A DNA stretch of 53,867 bases from an uncultured Granulosicoccaceae bacterium (GTDB lineage: Bacteria; Pseudomonadota; Gammaproteobacteria; Granulosicoccales; Granulosicoccaceae), in contig CAZCKD010000001.1 in assembly GCA_964498925.1 (NCBI GenBank), forward strand, positions 1-53,867, written 5' to 3'. Below, one piece after another: positions 1 through 9,847 of the stretch. Made by a program: the position numbers and the translations under genes. The number at the start of each line of letters is the position of its first letter. The first letter of the stretch is position 1. The notes under the pieces were generated by a model. It did no database searches. It had not been told where the DNA came from and saw only the letters and a program-made list of their open reading frames with translations.

Positions 1-214
1 CTATCGGGTTTCCCAGCCACTCGATTTGACCTTCGTCGATATCCGCTAATCCGATCAGCGCTCTGAGCAAGGTTGTTTTTCCGCTACCGTTGCTGCCCTG
101 TATTTGCACGATGGCTGACTGTGGCACGGTGACTTCGACGTCATCGAGAATCAGATTATCACCCCGCCAAAGCTCGATTCCTTTAGCGGATAAAAGCGGT
201 AAAGTTTCGTTCAC
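1..214 (-). CDS. ccmA: Heme ABC exporter ATP-binding subunit CcmA, 5' part only (runs off the window edge; not in the ORF track)
   Basis: Manual translation from GTG at 214: MNETLPLLSAKGIELWRGDNLILDDVEV...QIQGSNGSGKTTLLRALIGL. It has a Walker A motif and a CcmA-type N-terminus, and the GTG overlaps the upstream stop (GTGA). Confidence 0.8.
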   Translation of the reverse strand, partial: MNETLPLLSAKGIELWRGDNLILDDVEVTVPQSAIVQIQGSNGSGKTTLLRALIGLADIDEGQIEWLGNPI

Positions 215-762
215 TTTGAATTTCCGGCATCACTTAATTTCATAAAAATCCCGCTGGAAACCACACCGATCTGATCATCTCGTTGTTCTACCCACTCGGC
301 TAATTCATAGTAGGCACTGCGGTTTATCAATGCGTAAAGGGAGTCCCTCACCTCGACATACGGAGAGGGTTCGCCGTCGGGCTGATCGTAACGAACCGTT
401 ATCAGGTGGTCAGCGTCTGCAATAACCTTATCATCTACATTGGTTGTAAACACCAAGGTTTGTTCATCAGCAGTTCCACGCTTCTCAACCAGAGTTGCAA
501 TAAACGGCGCATCTTCGACATCAATGCGCAACCGTTCCTGCGGTGTCACTAGATAGGTTTCTCCATCATCCACTCTCAAAACCGTGGAGAACAATTTCAC
601 CATTCTATCGCGCTGTATCAGCGACCCCTGGTAATACCAATCGCCATTTCGGGCAATACGCATATCTATGTCGCGGGTAACCGATGGATTCCACAGATGA
701 ACCGGTGGCAGCGCTTTGGTTGACACTGCATCCGCTATGGCATCCAGAGTCTGCGACGTCAT
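211..762 (-). CDS. DUF1285 family protein
   Basis: LPPVHLWNP...IDMRIARNGDWYYQGS..I.R..MVKLFS..L and LVTPQER..I.VEDAPF pattern. Confidence 0.85.
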   Translation of the reverse strand: MTSQTLDAIADAVSTKALPPVHLWNPSVTRDIDMRIARNGDWYYQGSLIQRDRMVKLFSTVLRVDDGETYLVTPQERLRIDVEDAPFIATLVEKRGTADEQTLVFTTNVDDKVIADADHLITVRYDQPDGEPSPYVEVRDSLYALINRSAYYELAEWVEQRDDQIGVVSSGIFMKLSDAGNSK

Positions 763-2741
763 GATTGTAGTTCGGGTAAATTTTCGTAGAGCTTAAGTGC
801 TTCAGGATTTGCCAGCGCTTCAATATTATCGATGGAGTCCCCGTGAACGACTTTTCTAACCGCAAGCTCGACTATTTTTCCACTTCGCGTTCTCGGTATA
901 TCGCTGACTTGGACAATGCGAGCCGGCACATGCCTCGGGGTGGTTTGTTCTCGAATATGGGATTTCAGGCGAGTTTGCAGATCATCATCCAGCGTTAGCT
1001 CATCTCGAAGTCGCACAAATAAAACAACGCGAACATCAGAGTTCCATTGTTGACCGATAACCAGAGCCTCGACAACCTCATCAAACGATTCCACTTGCCG
1101 ATAAATTTCAGCGGTACCGATTCGAACCCCACCTGGATTTAAAACCGCATCGGACCTGCCGTAAATGATCAGCCCGCCAGTTTCCGACTCAGCGACATAG
1201 TCACCGTGACACCACACGTTAGGAAATTTTTCGAAATAAGCCGCGTGATAACGACTGCCGTCATCATCACCAAAAAAACCGGTTGGCATGCACGGGAATG
1301 GTTTAGCACACACAAGCTCTCCCTTCTCACCGGCAGGCAGTGCTTTTCCGTCATCGCTATACACTTGAATATCCATACCCAGGCCTTTGCATTGCAACTC
1401 ACCACGATAAACCGGTACCGCAGGATTACCCAAGATAAAACACGACACGATATCCGTACCGCCGGACATCGATGAGAGACACAAATCCGAGCCAATGTGT
1501 TTATAAACGTAGTCAAAACTTTCAGGCACCAGAGGTGAGCCAGTGGACAGTACACTTTTAAGTGCCGGTAACTGATGAGTATCGATGGGTGAAATACCCG
1601 CCTTGTTACAGGCATCGATGAACTTTGCAGAGGTACCGAATTGCGTCATTCCGCTTTCCTGCGCAAAATCAAATAAAGTATTGCCATCAGGATGGAACGG
1701 CGAACCATCGTACAAAAGTATCGTCCCTTTACAAGCGAGTGCAGACACCAACCAGTTCCACATCATCCAACCGCAGGTGGTGAAGAAGAAAATTTTATCT
1801 CCGGGTTTTAAATCAACGTGAAACAGATGTTCTTTGACATGCTGAAGCAAGGTGCCGCCCGCGCCATGGACAATACATTTAGGTTTGCCGGTCGTGCCCG
1901 AACTGAACATGATGTACAGAGGGTGATCAAACGGAAGCTGCTCAAAATGAATGGGCGCATCAGCACTATTAACGGCAGCGTCATCTTGTAGAATTTGATC
2001 GTAACTAACCGCTATCGATGCAGCGCGGCCAGAAAGGCTTGCTGACGCTTTGATAAACGATACGACGATCACCGCATTGATACTGGTCACCGATTCTGCC
2101 AGCTCACTGGCGACGGTTAAAGAATCATGCTGTTTACCCGCATAGTGGTAACCATCAGCGGTTATTAATACCTTGGGCTCGATTTGACCAAAGCGATCCA
2201 TTACGCCATTGATTCCAAAGTCCGGGGAGCAGGATGACCAAACGGCACCGATGCTACTGGTTGCCAACATGGCAATAAGTGATTCGGGAATGTTAGGCAT
2301 AAAGCCCGCGACACGATCGCCGACGCCGACACCAGCTTTGCGAAGAGCGGTCGCCACTGCCCTGACTTGCTGATAAAGCTCCGGGCGGCTCATGGTTCGC
2401 ATATCACCTTCTTCGCCTTTGAACATCAGCGCATCTGACGCAGCGTCCTGGCGCAGCAGATTTTCAGCAAAGTTTAATTTTGCTTCTGAAAACCATCGAG
2501 CCCCGGGCATTTTTTCCGGGTTCTCCAAAATTTGATTGCCGCGGGTTTCGCTTTTTATATCGGCATATTCCCAGAGCAAACTCCAGAACTCAGCAGATTG
2601 TTCGACAGACCACGTATGTAGTTCCTGAAAATCACCGAGCGATAAGTTGAAACGCTGATTAACGAGGTGTCGAAAGATCTCGACGTGTGCCGACGCCGTC
2701 TGTGCTTCGGAGGGAGACCATAAAGGTGTCTGAGCGGCCAT
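759..2741 (-). CDS. Acetoacetate--CoA ligase (acetoacetyl-CoA synthetase)
   Basis: WSSCSPDFG, YIMFSSGTTGKPKCIVH, FTTCGWMMWNW, SGGTDIVSCF, GRSDAVLNPGGVRIGTAEIY and IPRTRSGK motifs. Confidence 0.92.
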   Translation of the reverse strand: MAAQTPLWSPSEAQTASAHVEIFRHLVNQRFNLSLGDFQELHTWSVEQSAEFWSLLWEYADIKSETRGNQILENPEKMPGARWFSEAKLNFAENLLRQDAASDALMFKGEEGDMRTMSRPELYQQVRAVATALRKAGVGVGDRVAGFMPNIPESLIAMLATSSIGAVWSSCSPDFGINGVMDRFGQIEPKVLITADGYHYAGKQHDSLTVASELAESVTSINAVIVVSFIKASASLSGRAASIAVSYDQILQDDAAVNSADAPIHFEQLPFDHPLYIMFSSGTTGKPKCIVHGAGGTLLQHVKEHLFHVDLKPGDKIFFFTTCGWMMWNWLVSALACKGTILLYDGSPFHPDGNTLFDFAQESGMTQFGTSAKFIDACNKAGISPIDTHQLPALKSVLSTGSPLVPESFDYVYKHIGSDLCLSSMSGGTDIVSCFILGNPAVPVYRGELQCKGLGMDIQVYSDDGKALPAGEKGELVCAKPFPCMPTGFFGDDDGSRYHAAYFEKFPNVWCHGDYVAESETGGLIIYGRSDAVLNPGGVRIGTAEIYRQVESFDEVVEALVIGQQWNSDVRVVLFVRLRDELTLDDDLQTRLKSHIREQTTPRHVPARIVQVSDIPRTRSGKIVELAVRKVVHGDSIDNIEALANPEALKLYENLPELQS

Positions 2742-2858
2742 GTCTAAATAAACCTAAGTAAGCGTCCGTGCAACGGAATAGCGAAACGAAGAAACAAAAT
2801 ATTGACTTTATATTACTGCATACCTATTGAGCCAAACGGCTCGATACAAAGCTTGTGA

Positions 2859-3299
2859 CTAACACTGACGAATATCAGTATCGGCCACAGGCTTATCGAC
2901 GGGCCGCGGCTTGCCATCTGGATCCAGTGCGACAAAGGTAAACAGCCCCTCGGTTACCTGCTCCTGAATATCCAGCCGCTGACGACGAACCCAAGTCTCG
3001 ACACTCACCATGATTGAGGTTGTGCCAATCTCATGTGTCGCGCAGTAGCAGCTTACCTCATCACCCACATTGACTGGTTTGTAGAATTTCATTGCAGTGA
3101 CCGCCACGGTTGCCACTCGCCCTTGCGCCACAAAAAACGCGTGAGTACCACCCGCGAGATCCATTTGGGATAAAATCCAGCCCCCAAATATGTCTCCGTT
3201 TGGATTGGTATCAGCGGGCATCGCAATGGTTCGAAGCGATGCAGGGATTTTATTACGATCGATATGAACTGTGTCGACAGGAATTTCGATAGTGGTCAT
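2859..3299 (-). CDS. Acyl-CoA thioesterase (YciA-like hotdog fold)
   Basis: AMPADTNPNGDIFGGWILSQMDLAG signature. Confidence 0.9.
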   Translation of the reverse strand: MTTIEIPVDTVHIDRNKIPASLRTIAMPADTNPNGDIFGGWILSQMDLAGGTHAFFVAQGRVATVAVTAMKFYKPVNVGDEVSCYCATHEIGTTSIMVSVETWVRRQRLDIQEQVTEGLFTFVALDPDGKPRPVDKPVADTDIRQC

Positions 3300-4558
3300 T
3301 AAGATTCCTCATACTTCCTCTGATCGTCAACAACAATGCCATCATTGGGGATGTCATTGACGATGCTGACGGTTCCGCTGAGATTAGTCGCAGCTTTTAA
3401 AGCGTCTTCCAGCTTTTGAGATATTCCCTCAGTTGAACTAGCAGCCCCTGTTATTGATTGATCCAGCACAACATTCAGCTGCATAACATCCTTATCATTT
3501 TCACGACTGACAACAACTCGCCAACGTTTAAGCTCCGGAAATTGTGCGGGCAAACCATTCAATTGCACCGGATCAATAAACATCCCTTTCACTTTTACAC
3601 GTTGATCTGCGCGCCCTTTCCAACCGGACAATCGCATTTGTGTTCGACCACAAGGGCTTGGTTCGGCAATTTGGGATGACAAATCGCCGGTGCCGAATCT
3701 GATGAGCGGGTAAGCACTGTTCAAGCGCGTGACAACGATCTCTCCAATCTCACCCATTGAAACCGGAATATTGGTGCCCGGAACGAGAATCTCGACAATA
3801 AGATCTTCATTAACAACAAGGCCGGGATGAACCACGCCCTCGCTCGCTGTCTCGTAAGCAATGACACCGATATCAGCAACCGCATAAGCCTGCTGTACAT
3901 GAATACCTTGTTCCTGATAGCGAGTTCTCATCGCGGGGAATAGCGCACCGCCAGAGACTAAAGCATGAGTCACCGAACTCAGAGGCTGTCCTTCCTCGTT
4001 AGCGTGGTCTAGAAGAATCTGCAGATAATCGGGCGTACCGACATAGACCTGAGGCTGCAGCTGCCGCATAGCCTGAACTTGTGTCTCAGTACCTCCGGCA
4101 CCTGCTGGAAATACAATACACCCAAGCGCTCTCGCACCTTCATCGAGGATAAATCCACCCGGTGTCAGATGGTAGGAAAACGCATTATGAATTTTGTGTC
4201 CCCGTTCAATACCTGCCGCCGCCAATGCCCGCGCCGCAAGCCACGGATCAGTTCCTGAAAGTTGTGGTTCCCAGACAGGACCCGGCGACATAAATAAACG
4301 ACCACCAGCAAGTCGCGACTCATCGACAAAACCGCCGAATGGAGGATTCTCTTGCTGAGCCTGCATAAGATCTGACTTTCTTAAAACAGGCAGTTTTTCT
4401 AGAGCCGCTCGATCCTTGACCGAGGAGAGATCACAAGCCTGCAGATGTTTGGCAAGCCCCGGACAAGTCGCGGCGGCCTCCGTCAGTCGTTCGGGAAATT
4501 GATGAAACAGGCTGCTTTCGCGCGCCGAGGGAGATTGCGTATCCAGCTCATCGAACAT
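3299..4558 (-). CDS. Phenylacetate--CoA ligase (PaaK)-like AMP-binding protein
   Basis: LEKLPVLRKSDL, MSPGP, YVGTPDYL, YPLIRFGTGDLS and GRADQRVKVKGMF motifs. Confidence 0.85.
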   Translation of the reverse strand: MFDELDTQSPSARESSLFHQFPERLTEAAATCPGLAKHLQACDLSSVKDRAALEKLPVLRKSDLMQAQQENPPFGGFVDESRLAGGRLFMSPGPVWEPQLSGTDPWLAARALAAAGIERGHKIHNAFSYHLTPGGFILDEGARALGCIVFPAGAGGTETQVQAMRQLQPQVYVGTPDYLQILLDHANEEGQPLSSVTHALVSGGALFPAMRTRYQEQGIHVQQAYAVADIGVIAYETASEGVVHPGLVVNEDLIVEILVPGTNIPVSMGEIGEIVVTRLNSAYPLIRFGTGDLSSQIAEPSPCGRTQMRLSGWKGRADQRVKVKGMFIDPVQLNGLPAQFPELKRWRVVVSRENDKDVMQLNVVLDQSITGAASSTEGISQKLEDALKAATNLSGTVSIVNDIPNDGIVVDDQRKYEES

Positions 4559-4643
4559 GGTGAAGCCTGTTTTATCGAGTTGTTTAATTGATAGAGGAAT
4601 GAGCGTGCCGTAAGCAACCGCCTTAGAACTGCCGTTAACTTGC

Positions 4644-5480
4644 TTAGGCTAACCAGCGTTTACGACGTTTGTAGTGTTTAACATTTTTGAAACTACGACG
4701 CCCTTCTCCACCTGTCCCTAAATAGAATTCTTTGACATCCGCATTTTCTCGAAGCTCATCACCCGTGCCATCAAGCACAACACGACCGGATTCAAGAATG
4801 TAACCGTAGGTCGCGTACTTTAAAGCGATATTAGTGTTCTGCTCTGCGAGAAGAAACGATACACCGGTATCCACATTCAATTTCTTCACGATATCGAATA
4901 TCTCTTCAACCAGTTGTGGCGCAAGCCCCATGGATGGTTCATCAAGCAATATCATCGACGGCTTGGACATCAATGCACGTCCAATGGCACACATTTGCTG
5001 CTCACCACCCGATGTGTAGCCCGCTTGTGAGCTTTTTCGTTCTCGCAAACGTGGAAAGTAGTCATACACCATTTCCAGATCGCGCTTGATAGCCGCCTTA
5101 CCGTCTTTGCGCGTAAACGCGCCTGTGAGTAAATTTTCTTCGATACTTAAATGACCGAAGCAATGTCGCCCTTCCATAACTTGGATGCAACCGCGCCGAA
5201 CGAGTTCGTTCGGAGACAATGATTGAACCTCATCACCGCGGAATTCAATACTGCCTTTCGTCACTTCTCCACGCTCTGCGTGTAGTAAATTGGATATCGC
5301 TTTAAGCGTGGTTGTTTTACCCGCACCGTTTGCACCCAGAATAGCGACAATGCCGCCTTCAGGTACATGTAGCGAGACACCTTTCAATACCAATATGACG
5401 TGGTCGTAGATGACCTCGATATTGTTAACACTCAGGATGGTTTTTTCCTGAGTTTGATTATTAGTGACTTCATCCTGCAT
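4644..5480 (-). CDS. Liv-type ABC transporter ATP-binding protein (LivF-like)
   Basis: GANGAGKTT, SGGEQQM and LLDEPSMGLAP motifs. Confidence 0.92.
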   Translation of the reverse strand: MQDEVTNNQTQEKTILSVNNIEVIYDHVILVLKGVSLHVPEGGIVAILGANGAGKTTTLKAISNLLHAERGEVTKGSIEFRGDEVQSLSPNELVRRGCIQVMEGRHCFGHLSIEENLLTGAFTRKDGKAAIKRDLEMVYDYFPRLRERKSSQAGYTSGGEQQMCAIGRALMSKPSMILLDEPSMGLAPQLVEEIFDIVKKLNVDTGVSFLLAEQNTNIALKYATYGYILESGRVVLDGTGDELRENADVKEFYLGTGGEGRRSFKNVKHYKRRKRWLA

Positions 5481-5510
5481 CGGATTAGATCCTTTGACAA
5501 ATACTTACCG

Positions 5511-5542
5511 CTGTCGGCTGCACATCAACGTGCAGCCGACAG
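5511..5542. other. Perfect 13-bp stem-loop between the substrate-binding gene and the livF-like gene
   Basis: CTGTCGGCTGCAC-atcaac-GTGCAGCCGACAG, with no U-tract on the coding strand. Confidence 0.75.
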
Positions 5543-5558
5543 TAAGAAGAACGAACTA

Positions 5559-6860
5559 TTAGCTACAAGCTTGTCCTTTCCAGTCCGGCTTATCAGCAAC
5601 ATAAGCTTCGGCCGCTTCTTCCAACATAGGACGAACAACATCGTTCATTGGAGGAATCAGATCAGATACTTTTTCCCAGTCAGAACCGTTCCACTGCTGG
5701 ATGAAAACTGCACCACCGCCTTCATGATCTTCACATGAACCGACTACCTCACCGGTAAAGCCTTCCAGTCCGAGTTCAGTCAAGCGCTCTTGAGTCAAAT
5801 TGATACCCTCAAGACCGTCTCTCATATCGGCACCGGTAATGATGTTGTTGCCCGTTTTCGCTTGAGCAACTCTGATAGCTTCCGCTAATACAACTGCGTT
5901 AAACATACCGCGGTTGTAAAGAACGTTACCGACATCATCAGCAGAGGCAACCTTACTCTTGCCTTCGTTAACAACGTATTTCAGCATGTCCTGAACAGCA
6001 GGAAAGTCTTGCCCGATACCTGAGAAGTTGGCCGCTAAATAACCTTTACCAGATTCGCCAACCGGCTTTAGATCTGAGTGAGAACCGGCCCACCAGTTAC
6101 CAATGAAACGATCCAATGGATATCGGATTTTGGCCGCTTCTTTAATCGCCGTAGGGTTCATTGCACCCCAACCCCACATGATCATCCAATCAGGACGTTC
6201 CTTACGAACGTTGAGCCACTGAGAACCCTGGTTTTGCATTTCTTTGACACCAACCGGGAACTTGGCAACTTCAAAACCCATTGACTCAGACAACTGGTCA
6301 AGCAAAGGAATGGGCTCTTTGCCGTAGCCGACATCCAGGTAGATAAAGCCAACTTTCTTGCCTTCAATTCCACCGTTGGAGTCGATGTATTTCAGGATAG
6401 AAGATAGCTGGTTCCAATAGGAAGCCGGATATACGAACGTCCAAGGAAATTGCTCGCCTGCAGCAGCCGCTGACAAACCGTATCCCATTGAGAAAACCGG
6501 AATTTCATCGACCGGTGCTTTTGGAATCAGTGCCAGAGTGATACCGGTTGATAGCGGGCTATAGGCTAATGCGCCGTTGCCTTTCGTCGACTCATAACAC
6601 TCAACACCTTTTTGCGTGTTGTAGGCAGTCTCACACTCATCGACGACAATTTTTACGCCGTTGATTCCACCGTCACGCTCATTAAGCATATTAAAATAAT
6701 CGGCATAACCATCCGCAAACGGTGTACCACCACCAGCGAAGGGGCCAGTTCGATACGTCATGGATGGCATGTACATGGAATCCTGCGCTTGCGCGACAGG
6801 CATCCAACTGCCGACGGCTAGTACGCCGGCAGCCAGTGTGGCTAAGGTATATCTTTTCAT
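5559..6860 (-). CDS. ABC transporter substrate-binding protein (periplasmic binding protein type 1, Liv-like)
   Basis: Signal peptide ending AQA, then YRTGPFAGGG, LNERDGGING, ECETAY and WGWGAMN motifs. Confidence 0.9.
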   Translation of the reverse strand: MKRYTLATLAAGVLAVGSWMPVAQAQDSMYMPSMTYRTGPFAGGGTPFADGYADYFNMLNERDGGINGVKIVVDECETAYNTQKGVECYESTKGNGALAYSPLSTGITLALIPKAPVDEIPVFSMGYGLSAAAAGEQFPWTFVYPASYWNQLSSILKYIDSNGGIEGKKVGFIYLDVGYGKEPIPLLDQLSESMGFEVAKFPVGVKEMQNQGSQWLNVRKERPDWMIMWGWGAMNPTAIKEAAKIRYPLDRFIGNWWAGSHSDLKPVGESGKGYLAANFSGIGQDFPAVQDMLKYVVNEGKSKVASADDVGNVLYNRGMFNAVVLAEAIRVAQAKTGNNIITGADMRDGLEGINLTQERLTELGLEGFTGEVVGSCEDHEGGGAVFIQQWNGSDWEKVSDLIPPMNDVVRPMLEEAAEAYVADKPDWKGQACS

Positions 6861-6921
6861 TTTTCGTATTCTCCTGGTGTGGTTTTAATACTTTGACTCA
6901 TTGCAGAGCCATTCAAGATTC

Positions 6922-8007
6922 CTAACTACTGGCATACGGAAACGGCCAGCTACGCAACTTCTCCTTACCCACCTGCCACAACCTGGCGAGACCGTGGGGT
7001 TCTACGATGAGAAAGAAAATTATAAGAACGCCAATGATGATGTTGGTGATGTGCTCCATCGTGGCTGCCAGAATATCCCAGCCCATAAAATTCGGAAGCA
7101 TGCGCATCAATATTGGAAGCACCCAAATAAAAGCGGCGCCTAGAAAGCATCCGAGAATGGATCCCATTCCACCGATAATCACCATAAATAAAATGAGAAA
7201 CGAATGATTGATATCAAAGGATTCTACCTCTGCAGACCCCAGCCACATAAACACCATTAAGGCACCGGCAACACCGCAGTAGTAACTTGAGAACGCAAAT
7301 GCAGAGAGCTTTGCATGTAACGGCCGGACGCCCATAAGTTCGGCTGCGATATCCATATCCCTTATCATCATCCAGCTTCGACCAATACGGCCGCGAAGCA
7401 CATTGGCAGCAACCAGTGCTAACAAAGCAACAATGCCAACGATTAACAAATAACGAACCGTTGGTGTTGCAGACGCTCCCGTAACAGCTATATCGAATAT
7501 TTTACGCTGAGGCACTTCGATAGCACCCGAATCGTTGTAGTTATACAACCAGGCAATTCGAATAAAACACCATTCGAGGAAGAACTGCGCGGCAAGCGTG
7601 GTGATGGCTAGATACAAGCCCTTGATGCGTAGACTCGGCAAGCCGAAAAGCACACCCACCAGTGCTGAAAAAATACCCGATAGTAAAATGATAATTAAAA
7701 TATTTACGTCAGGAAATATCGTGGTTAACTTGTAGCAGGAGTAAGCACCCACTCCCATGAATGCGCCAGTCCCCAGAGACAATTGGCCTGCATACCCCGT
7801 CAAGATGTTAAGCCCGATTGCGGCTAATGCAAAGACTAAGAATGGAATCATGATGGATCCCAGAAAAAAGTCGGTAGCAAAAACGGGAATGATGACAAAC
7901 GTGACCAGCAGAATGACAAAAATTCCTATGCGGTCTTGCAGAATCGGCAGCAGGGCCTGATCGGCCGCATAACTCGTCTTGTACTGACCCGCTTCACGAT
8001 ACAGCAT
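6922..8007 (-). CDS. Liv-type ABC permease (LivM-like)
   Basis: GLNILTGYAGQLSLG, PSLRIKGLYLAITTLA and IRDMDIAAELMG motifs; polytopic membrane protein. Confidence 0.9.
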   Translation of the reverse strand: MLYREAGQYKTSYAADQALLPILQDRIGIFVILLVTFVIIPVFATDFFLGSIMIPFLVFALAAIGLNILTGYAGQLSLGTGAFMGVGAYSCYKLTTIFPDVNILIIILLSGIFSALVGVLFGLPSLRIKGLYLAITTLAAQFFLEWCFIRIAWLYNYNDSGAIEVPQRKIFDIAVTGASATPTVRYLLIVGIVALLALVAANVLRGRIGRSWMMIRDMDIAAELMGVRPLHAKLSAFAFSSYYCGVAGALMVFMWLGSAEVESFDINHSFLILFMVIIGGMGSILGCFLGAAFIWVLPILMRMLPNFMGWDILAATMEHITNIIIGVLIIFFLIVEPHGLARLWQVGKEKLRSWPFPYASS

Positions 8008-8051
8008 GCGTTCTCTCCCCTATGAGGTCGGCTGATGCAGATGGGAGTAAG

Positions 8052-9008
8052 CTAAACACGTTCGATAATCCTCTCGCCAAATAGCCCCTGTGGGCGGAAA
8101 AGCAGAAAGATTAACGCCAGTACATAGGCGAACCATGCCTCGACGCCGCTACCAAAGAGCGCGCCCCAATACACCTCAAACAACTTTTCACCAATGCCAA
8201 TCATGAGGCCGCCCACAATGGCGCCCGGTATCGATGTGAATCCACCGAGAATTAAGACAGCTAATGCTTTGAGCGCAATGATTTCCAATGCAAAGGACAC
8301 TTCAGATCGTGCGCCCCACATGATGCCCGTGACCAATGCAACAATGCCCGAAGCAAACCAGACAATGGCCCAGATTTGATGCAAGGAGATGCCAACGGAC
8401 AAGGCAGCTTGATGATCGTCCGCTACCGCTCTTAGTGCGCGTCCAATACGCGTTTTGGAGAAGAACACACCCAAGGCCATCACCATCAGTACAGCAATCA
8501 CCGCTGCCGCAATATCAATGTGCTGAAAGATGACAATACCATCGAACACTTCCCAATCAGTCGAGCCGGTTGGCAAGCCTAGTTGCTCAGTGATCATTGG
8601 CTTCGGTTCACCGCCGAAAATTAATTCTCCTGCGCCTTTAAGCACCAGCGTTAAACCAATGGTTGCCATCAGTAGAATGGCATCATGCTGGTTGACTAGC
8701 TTGCGCAGCACCAAACGCTCGATACTGATGGCTAACAAGCCCATGATGCCCAGTGCTAACACCACGGCTAACCAAGCGGGCACGCCTGCAGCATGGAGAC
8801 TCACCAACGCAAGGGCTGCGAAAACCACCATGATGCCCTGTGCAAAATTAAACACACCAGACGCTTTGTAGATAAGCACGAAGCCCAACGCGATAAGCGA
8901 ATACAAAACACCGGCTACAAAACCTTCCCAGATGACCTGCAGTAAAAAGTCCGGGTAAGCCGCCATATCGACAAAAGGTGCAACGAAAATGGAGTTTAAG
9001 AATTCCAT
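8052..9008 (-). CDS. Liv-type ABC permease (LivH-like)
   Basis: LYSLIALGFVLIYKASGVFNFAQG, GRALRAVADD and RPQGLFG motifs. Confidence 0.9.
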   Translation of the reverse strand: MEFLNSIFVAPFVDMAAYPDFLLQVIWEGFVAGVLYSLIALGFVLIYKASGVFNFAQGIMVVFAALALVSLHAAGVPAWLAVVLALGIMGLLAISIERLVLRKLVNQHDAILLMATIGLTLVLKGAGELIFGGEPKPMITEQLGLPTGSTDWEVFDGIVIFQHIDIAAAVIAVLMVMALGVFFSKTRIGRALRAVADDHQAALSVGISLHQIWAIVWFASGIVALVTGIMWGARSEVSFALEIIALKALAVLILGGFTSIPGAIVGGLMIGIGEKLFEVYWGALFGSGVEAWFAYVLALIFLLFRPQGLFGERIIERV

Positions 9009-9847
9009 CAGTGTGCCACCCCCAGATAAGCGTCAATGACTTCCTGACTCGACTGCACTTCAGTTGGCGTACCGTCAGCGATCTTTTTACCGTAATCGAG
9101 TACAACCACCCGATCTGCCAAGTCCATGACCACGCCCATATCGTGTTCGATCAACGCTATGGTGGTGCCAAACTCAGTGTTTAAATCGAGAATGAATCGA
9201 CTCATGTCTTCTTTTTCTTCCAAATTCATTCCGGCCATGGGCTCGTCCAGTAGCAACAACTCCGGCTCCATCGCCATCGCACGGCCCAGCTCCACCCTTT
9301 TTTGCAAGCCATAAGGCAGCTTGCCGACCGGCTGTTTTCGGATGTGAGCAATTTCGAGAAAGTCGATGATTTCTTCAACACGTTTACGATGCTCGATTTC
9401 TTCGTTTCGAGCCGGCCCTACATTAAGCACTTGCCATAAAAAGCCACGTCGCATCTTGAGTGTTCGGCCGGACATAATGTTGTCCAACGTACTCATTCCT
9501 TTGAAAAGTGCGACGTTCTGAAACGTTCGGGCAATGCCTGAAGCGGCAGCCTGGTAAGGCTTCATACGCCGACGCTGTTTACCCCGAAAACGAATGATTC
9601 CTTCTTGCGGATGATAAAAACCATTGATGACATTAAGCATCGACGTTTTACCCGCACCGTTGGGACCAATGATGGCTCGGACCTCACCTTTCATAATATC
9701 GAAAGAGATATCGGAGATGGCCTTAACGCCCCCGAAGGAAAGCGATACATTGTCGACGCGCAACAGCTCCTCGGTAAAACGAGGAATATCTGCCTCTACG
9801 GTTTGCTCCCCACCCTCACCATCGTTTGCCAAGTTGGAGTCTGTCAT
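9008..9847 (-). CDS. Liv-type ABC transporter ATP-binding protein (LivG-like)
   Basis: GPNGAGKTS, ARTFQN, LPYGLQKRVE, LLDEPMAGMN and IEHDM motifs. Confidence 0.92.
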   Translation of the reverse strand: MTDSNLANDGEGGEQTVEADIPRFTEELLRVDNVSLSFGGVKAISDISFDIMKGEVRAIIGPNGAGKTSMLNVINGFYHPQEGIIRFRGKQRRRMKPYQAAASGIARTFQNVALFKGMSTLDNIMSGRTLKMRRGFLWQVLNVGPARNEEIEHRKRVEEIIDFLEIAHIRKQPVGKLPYGLQKRVELGRAMAMEPELLLLDEPMAGMNLEEKEDMSRFILDLNTEFGTTIALIEHDMGVVMDLADRVVVLDYGKKIADGTPTEVQSSQEVIDAYLGVAH

